DNA from: Carcharhinus amblyrhynchos
Taxonomy: Eukaryota
Assembly (NCBI GenBank): GCA_965287045.1
Contig: OZ336877.1
Span: forward strand, 70,060,001-70,124,000
DNA length: 64,000 nt
Direction of reading: 5' to 3'
Each line of letters opens with the position of its first letter. Within the stretch, counting starts at the first letter, position 1. Under the pieces are notes generated by a model that saw only the letters and a list, made by a program, of their open reading frames with translations, searched no databases and had not been told where the DNA came from. This document shows, piece after piece, positions 37,740-51,286 of the stretch. Both the position numbers and the translations under genes were made by a program.

Positions 37740-39340
37740 TAGAATCATAGAGGTTTACATCATGAAAATAGGCCCTTCAGCCAACTTGTCCATACCACCC
37801 TTTTTTTTTGAAACCCCCAAGCTAATTCCAGTTGCCTGCATTTGGCCCATATCCCTCCAAACCAACCTTACCCATGTAACTGTCTAAATGCTTTTTAAAA
37901 GACAAAATTGCACCCACCTCTACTACTACCTCTGGTACTTTGTTCCAGGTACTCACCACCTTGTGTGAAAAAATTGCCCCTCTTGACCCTTTTGTATCTC
38001 TTCCCTCTCACCTTAATTCACACTCTAGTTTCAGAGTCTCCGACTTTGGGGAAAAGATATTGATGATCTAGCTGATTTGTGCCGCTCATTATTTCATAGA
38101 CTGCTATAAATCACCCCTCAGCCTCCTATGCTCCAGAGAAAAAAGTCCCAGTCTATCCAGCCTCCCCTTATAACTCAAACCATCAAGCCCGGTAGCATCC
38201 TAGTGAGTCTTTTCTGCACTCTTTCTAGTTTAATAATATCCTTTCTGTAATAGGTTGACCAGAATTGTACACAGTATTCCAAGTATGGGCGTACCAATGT
38301 CTTCTACAACTTCAACAAGACATCCAAACTCCTGCATTCAACACTCCAACTAATGAAACCAAGCATGCCAAATGCCTTCTTCACCATACTGTCCAGCTTT
38401 AACTCCACTTTCAAGGAGCTATGAATCTGTACCCCTAGATCTCTTTGTTCTGTAACTCTCCCCAAGGCCCTACCATTAGAGTAAGTCCTGCCCTGGTTCA
38501 ATCTACCAAAATACATCACCTCGCATTTATCTAAGTTAAAATGCATCTGCCATTCGTCAGCCCACTGGCCCAATTGATCAAGATCCCATTGCAATCCAAG
38601 ATCACCTTCTTCACTGTCCACTATGCCACCAATCTTGGTTTCATCTGCAAACTTACTAACCATGCCTCCTATATTCTCATCCAAATCATTAGTATAAATG
38701 ACAAATAACAGTGGACCAGCACCGATCCCTGAGGCACACCGCTGGTCACAGGTTCCTGTTTGAAAAACAACACTTTATAACCACCCGCTGGCTTCTATCA
38801 TCAAGCCAGTTTTGTATCCATTTAGCTACCTTACCTTGGATCCGTGAGATTTAACCTTATGCAACAAGCTACCATGTGGTACCTTGTCAAAGTCCTTGTT
38901 AAAGTCAATGTAGAAAACATCAACTGCACTACCCTCATCTACCTTCTTGGTTACCCCTTCAAAAAACTTAATCAAATTTGTGAGACATGATTTTCCACTC
39001 ACAAAGCCATGCTGACTGTCCCTAATCAATCCTTGCATTTCTAAATGCCTGTAGATCCTATCTCTCAAAATACCTTCCAACGACTTACCCACCACAGATG
39101 TGAGACTCACTGGCCTGTAGTTCCCAGGCTTTTCCCTGCAGTCCTTTTTAAATAAAGCCACAACATTTGCCATCCTCCAATCTTCAGGCATCCCACCTAT
39201 GACTTTGATGATACAAATATCTTTGATAGGGGACTCAATTTCCTTTCTAGTCGCCCACAGTGTCCTGGGATACATTTCATCAGGTCCTGGAGACTTAGCC
39301 ACCTTGATGCACTTTAAGACTTCCAGCACCTCCTTCTCTG
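37740..39340 (-). mobile_element. CR1 LINE, RT domain to 3' end, degenerate
   Basis: PGNYRPVSLTSVVGK, QHGF..GKSCLTNL, SKFADET, (TTCTATGA) tail. Confidence 0.9.
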
Positions 39341-39344
39341 TTGT

Positions 39345-40848
39345 ACCAACTGGGAAAAAAGACATGGAGGAAAATATTTGCAAGGAATTTGAAGTGAAGT
39401 GCAAGAACCAAAGAGTGGTTATACTGTGGTCCTCTATATATCCAAATATCGACTGGGATAGCAGTTGTGCATAACACAAAGAGGAACAAGGGTTCCTATC
39501 ATTTGTTCAGGGAAATTTTCTACAGCAATATGCTTCCAGCCCAATGAGAAAGGAGGCACAATTAGACTTCTAGGGAATGGAGTAGGTGTATCCAATATAA
39601 GAACATAAGAACATAAGAAATAGGAGCAGGAGTAGGCCATCTAGCCCTTCGAGCCTGCCCCGCCATTCAATAAGATCATGGCTGACCTGTTGTGGCTCAG
39701 TTCCACTTTCCCGCCCTCTCCCCATAACCCTTAATCCCCTCTCTTATCAAGAACCCATCAACCCGCTTCTTAAAAATATTTAGCGAGGCAGCCTCCACCA
39801 CTTCAACGGGCAGAGAATTCCAGAGATTCACCACCCTTTGAGTGAAGAAGTTCCTCCTCAACTCCGTTCTAAACCGCCTCCCCTTCATCTTGAGGCTGTG
39901 CCCCCTAGTCCTACTGTCTTTTTTGAGCGGGAAGAGTCTCTCCACCTCTATCCTATCCATCCCATTCATCATCTTATACGTCTCAATGAGATCTCCCCTC
40001 ATTCTTCTAAACTCTAACGAGTACAAGCCTAGTTTATTCAGCCTCTCCTCATAGCTCAATCCCCTCAACTCCGGTATCAGCCTAGTAAACCTCCTCTGCA
40101 CTCCCTCCAGGGCCAAAATATCCTTGCGCAGGTGCGGCGCCCAAAACTGCACACAGTACTCCAGCTGCGGCCTCACCAATGCCCTATACAGCTGCAGCAA
40201 GACCTCCCTACTTTTATATTCAATCCCCCTCGCTATGAAGGCCAGCATCCCATTCGCCTTCCTGACCACCTGCTGCACCTGCAAGCTGGGTTTTTGCGAC
40301 TCATGCACAAGGACCCCGAGGTCCCTCTGCACCGTCGCCTGCTGCAGTTTTTCGCCACGTAATTGGTCAGATATTTTGGGGACAATGACTGTTGGATCAT
40401 AAGGTTTAGGTTGCCTCCAGAAAAGGCTAGGGAAGAATCCAGAGTAAGCATCATTAACTGAGGGAACGCAAAATTCAAAGTGTTTAGTGAATCTGAACCA
40501 GATAAATTGGAGTTAAGATTGGCAGGTAAAACAACAGGAGGTGTTTAAAAGGAGATATTTCAGGCACAATCAAGGTATATTCCCATGAAGACAAATCCAG
40601 ATGTCCCAAATGAGAGCGATATAGAAAAAAAATAGAGATTAACATGAAAAAGGAAAAGTTAGCTCGTGATGGGTGTTACATGGATAATACGATCAAGAAC
40701 CAGGCTGAATATAGAAAATTCAGAAGGGAACTGAAAAAGCAAACAAAAGGAGGAAAGAGAGCATGAAGAAAGACTAACGAACATTAAAGGGAATCAAGAA
40801 GTCTCCTACCAGTAAGGTTAAAGGAGGGTTGCTGATGGAAGAGTCCCA
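39345..40848 (+). mobile_element. Old CR1 ORF2 endonuclease/linker fragment split by young CR1
   Basis: ICKE..RVVI....YPNIDWD; continues after 40362. Confidence 0.65.
39598..40362 (-). mobile_element. Young CR1 LINE, 5'-truncated, open ORF2 end (39697-40332)
   Basis: [26 protein letters not shown]; (TTCTTATG)n tail. Confidence 0.95.
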
Positions 40849-41977
40849 TTGGGGGTAGGGTGTTAGCGCGGATAGAGGATTGGTTGTCAAATAGGAGGCA
40901 GAGAGTGGGGGTCAACGGGTGCTATTCGGATTGGCGGATGGTGACTAGTGGAGTGCCCCAGGGGTCGGTGCTGGGGCCTCAGCTTTTTACCATTTATATA
41001 GATGATCTGGAGGAGGGAACCGAGTGTAGGGTGTCGAAATTTGCTGACGACACCAAGATTGGGGGAACGGCAAATTGTGCGGAGGGTGTGGAGAGTCTGC
41101 AGAAGGATGTAGATAGGCTGGGCGAATGGGCCAGGAAATGGCAAATGGAATTTAATGTTGGCAAGTGCGAGGTGGTCCACTTTGGCAGGAATAATGGTAG
41201 GAAGGACTATTACTTACGGGGCGAAAAACTGCAGCAGGCGGCAGTGCAGAGGGACCTCGGGGTCCTTGTGCATGAGTCGCAAAAACCCAGCTTGCAGGTG
41301 CAGCAGGTGGTCAGGAAGGCGAATGGGATGCTGGCCTTCATAGCGAGGGGGATTGAATATAAAAGTAGGGAGGTCTTGCTGCAGCTGTATAGGGCATTGG
41401 TGAGGCCACAGCTGGAGTACTGTGTGCAGTTTTGGGCGCCGCACCTGCGCAAAGATATTTTGGCCTTGGAGGGAGTGCAGAGGAGGTTTACTAGGCTGAT
41501 ACCGGAGTTGAGGGGGTTGAGCTATGAGGAGAGGCTGAATAAACTAGGCTTGTACTTGTTAGAGTTTAGAAGAATGAGGGGAGATCTCATTGAGACATAT
41601 AAGATGATGAATGGGATGGATAGGATAGAGGTGGAGAGACTCTTCCCGCTCAAAAAAGACAGTAGGACTAGGGGGCACAGCCTCAAGATAAAGGGGGGGC
41701 AGTTTAGAACGGAGTTGAGGAGGAACTTCTTCACTCAAAGGGTGGTGAATCTCTGGAATTCTCTGCCCGTTGAAGTGGTGGAGGCTGCCTCGCTAAATAT
41801 TTTTAAGACGCGGGTTGATGGGTTTTTGATAAGAGAGGGGATTAAGGGTTATGGGGAGAGGGCGGGAATGTGGAACTGAGCCGCGACAGATCAGCCATGA
41901 TCTTATTGAATGGCGGGGCAGGCTCGAAGGGCTAGATGGCCTACTCCTGCTCCTATTTCTTATGTTCTTATGTTCTT
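40848..41977 (+). mobile_element. Young CR1 LINE, 5'-truncated, open RT C-terminus (40860-41879)
   Basis: [23 protein letters not shown]; (TTCTTATG)n tail. Confidence 0.95.
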
Positions 41978-42059
41978 CTCGTGCGAGACCAGATCCTGAT
42001 TAATTTTCGTGCTTTGCCCAATTCTTCAGAACTCCTGAAAATTGAGGCTGGACAGGAAA

Positions 42060-42280
42060 TGGCTCTTATCTAGTGAATTGCAGCAAGGTTAGGTGGGCCA
42101 TGACTTTGTTCATTATAGTGTAAAATTGCAAAGAGATCCTGGCTGGTAAGAGCTCTGAGGGAATCCCATTTTACAGTTCCACTGACCAACAAACCCACCA
42201 ACAGCAGAACATAACATTCTACCCCAGGTCTTCCTGATATATTGAATGATGTTCTTCAATACTATAATGAATTGATACAT
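42060..42280 (-). pseudogene. GREB1-like relic exon
   Basis: Acceptor ctatctgttgcAG. Peptides VLKNII...WGRM/VLLLV and DLFAIL resemble ITQNLL...GHGLMVLLRV and EHFEII. Confidence 0.45.
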
Positions 42281-42344
42281 CTGCAACAGATAGATTGGTG
42301 AAGTCAAGGTTAAGTAAATTCTTTGCCTCATGTTGGCTTTCACA

Positions 42345-43380
42345 CCACCTGCACCAGCTCTGTCTGATAGCTATTGACCCAAAATGTAGCCAGCTGGGTT
42401 AGTAGTGGCCCTACCTAGCCACTCTTGGTGATGAACATTGAAATCCCCCAGCCAGAGTATCTTCTCTGCCTTGTCACTCCCACTGCTTCTTCCACGTGGT
42501 GATCAACATGGAGGTGTACTGATTTATCCACTGAGGGAGGGCGGTAGGTGTTAAATCAGAAGTTAGTTTCTTTACTTATGAGTGACCTGATGCCATGAGA
42601 TTTATCATCAATGTTGAGGGGGCTACTCATTCTTTCATTTTGTACCATTGAATCCCCTTCTCTTGTGGGTCTGTCCTACAGGTGAAAAAGGACAAATCCA
42701 GGGCTTCTGGTAGAAGAGTCTTTGATAATGGCTGAAAGGTATGATTCTAAGAGTATGAATTTGGGTGGGACAGCTCTCCATAGATTTTACTAAAGGGATT
42801 TTGAATTAAATAATAGGTTGAATGGCCACACTAAAATTGACCCAAGTGTCAAGAAGATTGGCTGGGTAAATATGTGGGGTTGCAGGAATAGGACCTGGAT
42901 GGGATTGTGGTAAGTGGAGACTCGATGGGCCAAATAGCCTCCTTCTGCACTATAAGGATTCTATGATTCCACAGATATTACTGAGGGGACTTTGAATTAT
43001 TTACTTATATTAGGTGAATGTTTGTCATTGCTCAGTGCTGGTTAATACAAGGTGATCTGTGTGATATTATTCTTAATTCATAGGCGTTGGATAGACCTGA
43101 GTCACTTGATAGGACATTTCAGAGGCAGTTAATGGAGTCTGGAGTCTCACAGGGCCAGGCTGCATATAAGAACAGCAGATTACATCAGCCCAGCCCCATG
43201 GATTTTTCTAACAATCTGGTGATTTTATGGTTACCAGCGCAGATACTTTTAATTCCAGATTTATTCACTCAATCGCATATAAACTGCCCAGCTCTGCGTC
43301 ACTGGGATTCAAATCATATCTCTTGATCATTGGTTCAAGCCCCTCTATTACTAGTTCAGTGATGTAACTATTGTGCTACC
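42345..43380 (-). mobile_element. Old LINE fragments with nested SINE tail (~42860-42968, +)
   Basis: Similar to the 21815-22580 family. Confidence 0.45.
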
Positions 43381-43439
43381 CACTCACTATAAGTATTCTA
43401 ATTCACTTCCGCAAGTGATACGAAGTTAAAAAACAATGT

Positions 43440-44348
43440 TGTTCATTATTAGAGCACATTTAATGAAGTTTTGAATCATTTTATTCTTTGGTGTATAATT
43501 TACACTAGCATTAAACTGACAGCAAGCCTTAGCCGAGGACAGCTACAATAATTTTAAAGAGCGTGCTACTCATCAAAATGGCCTAATGTCTAGCAGTTGA
43601 AGACAAAGTGAGCATGATCCTAAATGTCACAGTTCGCAAGACATTGGGGAAGCCACTTTCTGGCATATAAGAATTTCTGGCAATTTGGAAAATCCAGTCA
43701 GGGGTAAACAATGGGAATAGTCATAAACACAGCTGTAGGAAATTATTTCAAAAATTATGGAACATCAAATAATTGATTCCCAGTTACCTCTGAGAAGTAT
43801 TCACTGGAGAAGAAACTAGTCTCCTCAGATCTATATGGGAGATTTTACAACTAGTCTGAATGGTTTTATATGATTGTCTAGATAGGCTTAAAAAGCTCTA
43901 AGCCAATAAATCTCAGAGGGGAAGGTTTTATATCCAAGGGTACTAGTGTAATTAAAGATAAATATAGTTTTAACATTCATCATCATGGAGACACTATCGT
44001 ACTGGGAATAAGTCTATTTTCAAAAAGACAACAAAATAAACCTGGACAATCACAGACCCTTTTGTCTTACATCAATAATTAGCAAATAATATATGAAAAT
44101 CTGTCACTTTAGCCCCAAAAGGAATAAAATGACTATGAACCTTACAGAGGCATATGAGTTATAAGGACGAAAGCAAGTTGGTGGCCCACTTTGCACCCTG
44201 CGCAATTCTCTTTTTAATAGAAAAGCAAATTGGGTGGAGTGTAAAATGAACTTCCAGTTCTTTATTGCTTGCTTTGCTCCACTGTTAAAGACAAATTTCA
44301 TCCGCAGTTAGTGGAATACATTGATGGATCCTGAGAATTATTTCATAA
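43440..44348 (-). pseudogene. Three GREB1-like relic exons (44348-44146, 44041-43788, 43676-~43440)
   Basis: Canonical AG/GT boundaries. Peptides YEII..DE..QWS..HSTQF..AKW, YKTIQTSCKIS and PNVLRTVTFRIMLTL..MIQNF resemble YEIV..KWS..HTLF..HAHW, YALQTQHTRIS and PLLRYDSSFEAMVTAL..LVQHY. Confidence 0.6.
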
Positions 44349-44984
44349 CTGAAAGACAAAGGATAATGAATAAAAGGCAAGTTCCATATTACCTGGTTTT
44401 ATTGTTTGAAATAAAGCCATCTTTAATGATTTTTCATCCATTTGTGCGACCCTTTTTACAGTATTATTACAAATATTCTGTTATTTAAACATTCTTCTCA
44501 TTATAGTGCTATGCAATGTTGAATTAATAAACTCAGTTTTTCGATGACGGGCCTTAAAGTTAGTTTAGACTCTAACTTTTATTTGTTCCTCATTACTATT
44601 TTTTACTAAGTAGTTATGAAAAGTGAGGCGTAAGAACAGAATCCATTATATTAACACTTCCTCAATTTCAGTTTCCATTTAATTGATACTGAATTGGTTA
44701 AATTGAACTGGAAAAACTGAATAGTTTATTTTGTTTTATTATTCAAGTTTTACACCAATTTGTTTTCGAATTCCTCCATTTTCCCATCTAATTCCCCAAT
44801 GTTGAGGATGTACAATTGCCCAGGAGTTGAAATGTAACTGATCAGATACGGTCTGAAGAAAGAACAAGTTTAATGGGCTGAATAGCTTCTTCTCAAACAT
44901 ATGTCCTTTAGTGTAAAAACAAAGGAGAATAGACGATTCAGCTTCTTGAGCCTGGTCATGAGACTTCATCCCTCACCACACCAC

Positions 44985-46325
44985 CCCCACCCCCACCCCC
45001 CCACATCTCAACACTACTTCCTACTGTGCCCATCCTGTAAGAAACTCTTCACCCGATTCACTTGCAACAATGCCTTCAAAATTCTGGGTGTGCATCCTTT
45101 AGGTATCCATTCATTGTGGCATTTCTGCAGCAACAGATCTCCACAACCATACCACTGCCTTTGATGCATTCACCCTCATTAAACTATAACGTTCTCTCTC
45201 ATCTCAGTGTGACCTTCCATTCTGCTCCTTAAAGTCACAAGGATAGAGACTTGATGGACAACTGGTGAAGCCATTCACTGCCAGATTTAGCTGGGCCACA
45301 TAAATCATTATTGAGTCCCACTCTTGCTACAAGAATTGTCAAGGATTCCAAGACCATTCTTCACTGCAATTCAATTTCTTAAACTTTTCTCTCCTTTCCC
45401 TCACCTTCAACAAATACAAGGAACTTATGACTTTGTCATCGAGATTGAGACCATCTGATCAGCTACCTCTGCTACTTTCTTCTCTTCCCTTAACTTGTTT
45501 ATCCAAACTCCACCTGCCACACCCCACACCACCCATCAACTCCCAACCCCATCATAAACCTGAACTTGCAGCTTTCTCTAGTTTCTTTCCTATTTGCCTT
45601 TGTGTCCTCCCTTGCCTCAGTCTACCAGCCTGATCATTCAACCCCATTTCCACTAAACTACGAACTACCCAAATTCCTCTCCTGACAGTTATGTTACCTG
45701 ATATTGTTAATAATTCTTCAGATTCTGTCCGTCTCCATTTTAAATCTGCCATTATCACCCTCCTCCTCAAAGAACAAAGCATTAGTCCCTCCATCCTTAT
45801 AAACAAATCCTCCATCAAAAGCCACCCTTTTCTCCCCAAATTTCTTGAACATTGTTGTCACCTTCCCAATCCATGCCCTTTTCTGGAACTCCCTGTTTAA
45901 ATCTATCTGATCATGTTCCTATCCCTGTGACAGTACCAAGATAGCTCTTGCCAAAATCACACCCTATGTGACTGTGACAAAGGTAAAATAGCCCTCCTTG
46001 TCCTTAATCTGCCTGTTGCCTTTGGCATGGATCATCACACCATCATTCTCCAATCCATATCTATCATCCAGCTGGGTGGCACTGCACTAGGCATGTTCTA
46101 TGCTTATCTAATAAAAGTTAGACAATTGCCTGCAAGGCTCCTCTTCCAGTTTCCACACTGCTACCTATGGTATCCCCCAATGATTAATCCCTGGTCTGCA
46201 ACACAGACCAACAACAACATAGTTTTCATGTGCACAATGATGGCATCTGCTCATATTACAACCTCCCTCAACTCTATCACTGCCTTGAAATGATCAAACT
46301 ACTTACACGGCATCCAGCACTGGAT
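44985..46325 (+). mobile_element. Old L2-type LINE ORF2 fragment
   Basis: FKSAIITLLLK..PFLPKFLEH; DHHTIILQ..QLGGTAL..F.AYL. Confidence 0.65.
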
Positions 46326-47700
46326 AACAAAAGAGTAGAAGAAATAAGTTTAAGAGTAGACCACATGTCCCATCAAACCTGCTCCACTGTTCAACAGGAT
46401 CATGGCTGATTATGAGTTTCAACTCCCCTTTCCTGCCCTCTCCCTATATCCTTTAATTCCCTGAGAGATTTAAAACTAAATCTATCCCAGCCTTAAATGT
46501 ATTCAATGCTGGAACATCCACAATACTCCTGGGGTAGACAATTTTAAAGATTCACAAATGTTTGAGTTGACTAATTTTTCCTCATCTCCATTATAAATGA
46601 CCAGCCTCTTATCCCGAGACTGTGCCCCATGTTTTAGGTTTGCAAACAGTGGAAACAATCAAACCATATCAGGTTTTAATGAGATTGCTTTTCATTCTTG
46701 AAAAAAATAGGGAACACAAGCCCAAACAGAAGCCAGTTTAGTGAACTCTCATTGTGCTGCATCAATGCAGTATACTCTTGTTTACAAAACTGCACACACT
46801 GTTCTAGATGTGGTGTCACCAAAACTCTGAACAATTGTAGCAGGACTGTTATTCCTGTGCTCCAATCCCCTTGTAATAAAAGCCAACATGCCATTCGTTG
46901 TCCTAATTGTTTGTTGTACTTCCATGCTGACCTTCTATATTCCTTTATGAGCATACCCAAGAACACCAATAGCTACGAGTTTCTCATCTTTTAAAAGATA
47001 TTTTTCCCTTCTATTATGACGAAAATGAATAACTTCACAAATCTCTACATTATATTCCATCTGCCATCTTGTTGCATATTCAGCCTCTCTATATCTTTTT
47101 GCAGTCTTTTGTGTGCTCCCCAAAGCTTACCTTTCCACCCAGCTTTGAATCATCAGCAAACCTCGCTGCATCATTCTCTTCACCCAAGTCATTAACACAG
47201 ATTGTAAATAGCTGAGGCTGAAGTGTTGATTCTTGCAGCATTTCTGTTTCCATTGCCTGTTAATTTGTAATGTCCCATTTGTCTTCTCTCTGCTCCCCGT
47301 CCATTAATCAATCTACTAAACATACTAATATTTTACCCCCAACTCCATGAACCCTTATTATGCCAGTTAAACTTTTGTGTGGCATTTTATGGAATGTATT
47401 TTGGAAATCCAGGTGTATGATATCTAATGCTCCTTCTTTATCTATCATACTAGTTACATCCTCAGAAAACTCCAATAAGTTTGTCAAACAGAATTTCACT
47501 TTAGTAAAACCATGTTGACTTGTTCTAATCATACTATGCTTTTCCAAGTACATTGTTAAGACTTCCTTAATAATAGATTCCAGCTATTTCTCAATGACGG
47601 ATGTTAGGAAAACTGGCATGTTTTCTCTCTTCCTCTTTTCTTTAAAAGCAGTATAAAATTTGCTAATTTCTAAACTGATGGTACCATTCCCAAACCTAAG
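46325..47700 (-). mobile_element. Old CR1 LINE (RT to 3' end)
   Basis: SQHGFTK.KFCLTNLLEF, WQMEYNVE.CEVIHF, LVTPHLEQCVQF. Confidence 0.85.
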
Positions 47701-48757
47701 GATGAAGAGGAATTTCCTTCAAATAAATGTTGGGAAGATAGGAACCATTCTGTTTCGTCCCTACAACAAACTCTATTCGTTATAGCCTTAAGGCAGGATT
47801 TTCTGCACTCTACGTGGCATGTTTCATGGCAGCAGAGGCAGCCTACCATGGGCCATGGATCTTCTGGTCCCATCGCTATCAGTGGGGTTTGCCATTCTAT
47901 GCACCCCCTGCCCACTGGAAATCCAAGTCAGGGGTTTGTCGGAAGATCCTGCCAGTGAGAAAGACCAAAAAATTCCAGCCACTGATTCTATCCTTCCTTT
48001 TGGAAACTGTTTAAGACTGAAACAGAGTTGTTTGTAATCTTAGTATCATAATTTACTGATCTCAGCTTTCAACAATCTATCCATTCCATCATTCAGACCA
48101 CCATAAATATTGCATTGTTTACCCCTGCCTTTGCTGATCTGCTGCTGCAGTCTCATCAATGTTTTTGTTACCTCTGGACTTGACTGTTCTGTTGCACTCC
48201 TGCCATTATTCCCATGTTCTACTCTCTATAAACTTGAGGTCATCCAAATATTTTCTGCTTTTGTCCTTACTCTCACCATATGCCATTGACCTTGTATTTG
48301 ATGATTTACATGACTCCCAGTTATGCAGTTAATTGTATGCCAAAGTATATAATTTCTTTGCAATTACCCTCGTGAATCCTTTAATCATTTTAATGACCTT
48401 AATTAGATCACCCTTAATTTTTAAATTCAAAGGCTTTTGCATCTTACTTTGTTACTTTCACCTTTTAAGCCATGGCACCATTTTGATGAAGCTGTGTTAT
48501 TCCCCTTCAAAGCCAATATCTTTCTTGATGTTTGATGTCCAAAACTGAACACAGTTCTGAAATGAGTTTAACTAACACTTTGTGAAAAGAAGAACACTTC
48601 CTCACTTCTTTCTTTCAATTTCCTTGAGGCAAAGGCCAACATTTTATTAGTGTTTTTGATTACTTTTGACTTTTCTGTTCTTATTGTGTCACAGGTCCAG
48701 TCAAGCAAATAATTAGGGACATCACCACAACCACTCTCTATGATGCTCAATAATTAC

Positions 48758-49648
48758 CTCATGAGTCATAGCTCATTCACTCAAATTACTTTCCTCATCT
48801 ATACCTTCAGTCTTTTTAATTGCTCTGAATAGGCAAGCTGGATGAACAAAATGGCTTTCCTCATTGTACATTCACCTTATTTATCTTTGTGCAGGGGAAT
48901 TATTTGAAAACTTTGGGGCTGATTCCTACAATAATTTAGTTGCAAATTAGGTCCTCAACATGCTTTGTTATTCTCATTATTCCACACATTCACAATTATT
49001 TTCTTATGCCCTGTATTTTGGTTGCACCATAATATCTTATTTTTTTCCCCATAATTTGCCTATAGAGGACAGTTTAAAGTCCATGCCCTAATTCTGCTAC
49101 ATTTTCCTTAAAAAGGGTTAATTTTCAAATGCATGATCCTAGTTGGGAATCTCACTAACCACTTGAGCTCCAGTGCTATTCAGATACCAAACAAGGAAAA
49201 CGGTCTAACTGCCTATCCTTTTCAGGTGCATTTTGTGTTTAAATCCATGAAAGACTCCCCTGCAGTTTTCCAATTGCTATATTAAAGATGGCCTCTACAA
49301 AGCTTCAAGTGAGATGAGAGCTGAGAAGATACTTCTTCATTATTAAATAGTGAAGAACTTCCAGGAAAAGCAGTTAATGTTTAGGAAATCAAAAGGGAGG
49401 TGGACAACTACTTAGTTGAGTATAATTTTGGATGTTAAAAGGAAATGTAAAGAAATGTTGTTATGACATCATGGGTTCCTGTACACCCAAAGCAGGAAGA
49501 AAGAGATTGTTGACCTTTGAGAGAAGGGATCTACATTTGACGTGGGGGTGGATAAGCGTTCTGCTGATCATGGAGTATTTATGTAGAACTTAATTTATGG
49601 GGATTAAGAGGATGAGGTATTGCCCATGAATGGTGGGCTGCACATATT
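48758..49648 (-). pseudogene. Cluster of GREB1-like relic exons (from 49648; ~49365-49110; ~48880-48758)
   Basis: Best-matching block: LLSSHLT*SFVEAIFNIAIGKLQGSLSWI*TQNAPEKDRQLDRF versus GREB1 LLTPAEYQKEVNYELVTGKVDSLGAFFSTLCPEGDIDILLDKF. Acceptor at 49649; donor GAG|GTAATT at 48757. Confidence 0.65.
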
Positions 49649-49949
49649 CTGCAGACGAAAAGAGCTTGCAAATTTTCTTCATACAAATATTCAAATATAT
49701 GATTTTTTTTCTGGTATAAGCAGCTGAAGTAGCATTACTAGGAAGAGACACAATTGCCGGGATTCTACTGCTCCGCCCACCATGGAATCAGAGCAGGCGA
49801 GAGGCAGGCAACAGAAATGTCTGTTGACCTAGGGCAGGAATTTCCAGTCTCACTTGAGTGAAGCCATAAAATCCCACCTTATGCTTTTCCTGCTCAGTAA
49901 TGTCTAAGAATTTCCTTTCAGTCTTGACTTTGATGTCCTAGTTAGATTT

Positions 49950-50950
49950 TTTTTTATATTGGTTTATAGGATGTGAGTATCATTGGCTGGGCCAGCCTTT
50001 ATAGCCTATTCCAACACAGAAGGTGGTGCTGATCTACCTTCTTGAAGCACTGCAATCCCAGAATGCCATCAGTCTGAAATGATTGACCTTTGACAACCAC
50101 ATCCATCTTTCTTTGTAACCAAGAGAAAATGATGGAAAATCTCAGGAGGTCTGGCAGCTTCTGTAAGGAGAGATAAGAGCTGATGTTTTGAGACGAGATG
50201 GCCCTTTGTCAAAGCTAAAAGACATAGAAAGTGGGAGATATTTATACTGCTGGGCGAGGGAATGAAAGAGTCATAGTCATAGAAACCAGGGGAAAAGATT
50301 TATTTTAAGTCTTTTCCCCCGGTTTCTATGACTGTGACTCATCTTTCATTCCCTCACTCTGCAGTATAAATATCTCCTACTTCCTATGCCTTTTAGCTTT
50401 GACAAAGGGTCAAGTGGACTCGAAACATCAGTGCTTTTCTCTCCTTACAGATACTGCCAAACCTGCTGAGACATTTTAGCATTTTCTTTTTTGGTTTCAG
50501 ATTCCAGCATCCGAAGTAGTTTGCTTTTACCCATCTTTCTTTGTGTTCAGTACTACTCCAACCAGTGGAGAGGTTTCCCCTGCAACCTGTTTATTTCAGT
50601 TTTGCTAGGTCTCCATGATGCCACACTCAGTCAAATGCTACCTTGATGTCAAGAGCAGTTACTCCAAGCTCAGACCCTGAGTTCAGCTCTTCTGCCCATG
50701 TTTGAATCAAGGCTATAACGAGATCAGGAGTTGAATGGCCAAAGTGGAATCCAAACTAAGCATCAGCGATTAGGTTATTGTCAAGTCAGTGCTGCTTGAT
50801 AACACTGTCGGGAACACCTTCCATTACTTGGCCAATGAGCAAGAGTAGATCGATGGGCCAGCAATTGGACAGGGTAGATTTGTCCTGCTTTAGAGGAGAC
50901 CAGATACACCCAGGCAATTTTTAACATTGTCAGGTATATCCATTGTTGTA
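49950..50950 (-). mobile_element. Old CR1/L2-group LINE fragment hosting Penelope-like insertion
   Basis: Same family as 36660-37610. Confidence 0.55.
50117..50530. mobile_element. Penelope-like element reduced to an inverted terminal repeat; 14-bp TSD
   Basis: Arms 50117-~50300 and ~50308-50495 are inverted; TSD CCATCTTTCTTTGT at 50103-50116 and 50531-50544. Confidence 0.75.
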
Positions 50951-51286
50951 ACAAAACAGAAAATGCTGGAAAATCTCAGCAGGTCTGACAGCAGATGTGG
51001 AGAAAGAATAGAGCCAATGTTTTGAGTCTGGGATCCAGTTGAAATTGGGTGGGTGGGTGTTTAAGCCCAACCAAGTTACTTATCTGCCCTGGAGCTATTG
51101 GGAACTAATGATTCCCAATTTCAGTCTGGCTTACTGATTAAGTGGCAACAACACCCTGATGTTAAGCATTTATCGCTGTTTTACATTTTCAGTGGTCAAG
51201 GCAATAACATATGCAGTATTCAGTGCCACACTTTCAATACTTTTTTGAATGTTAATTGATTACACATTTTGCATCGAACTATCTAC

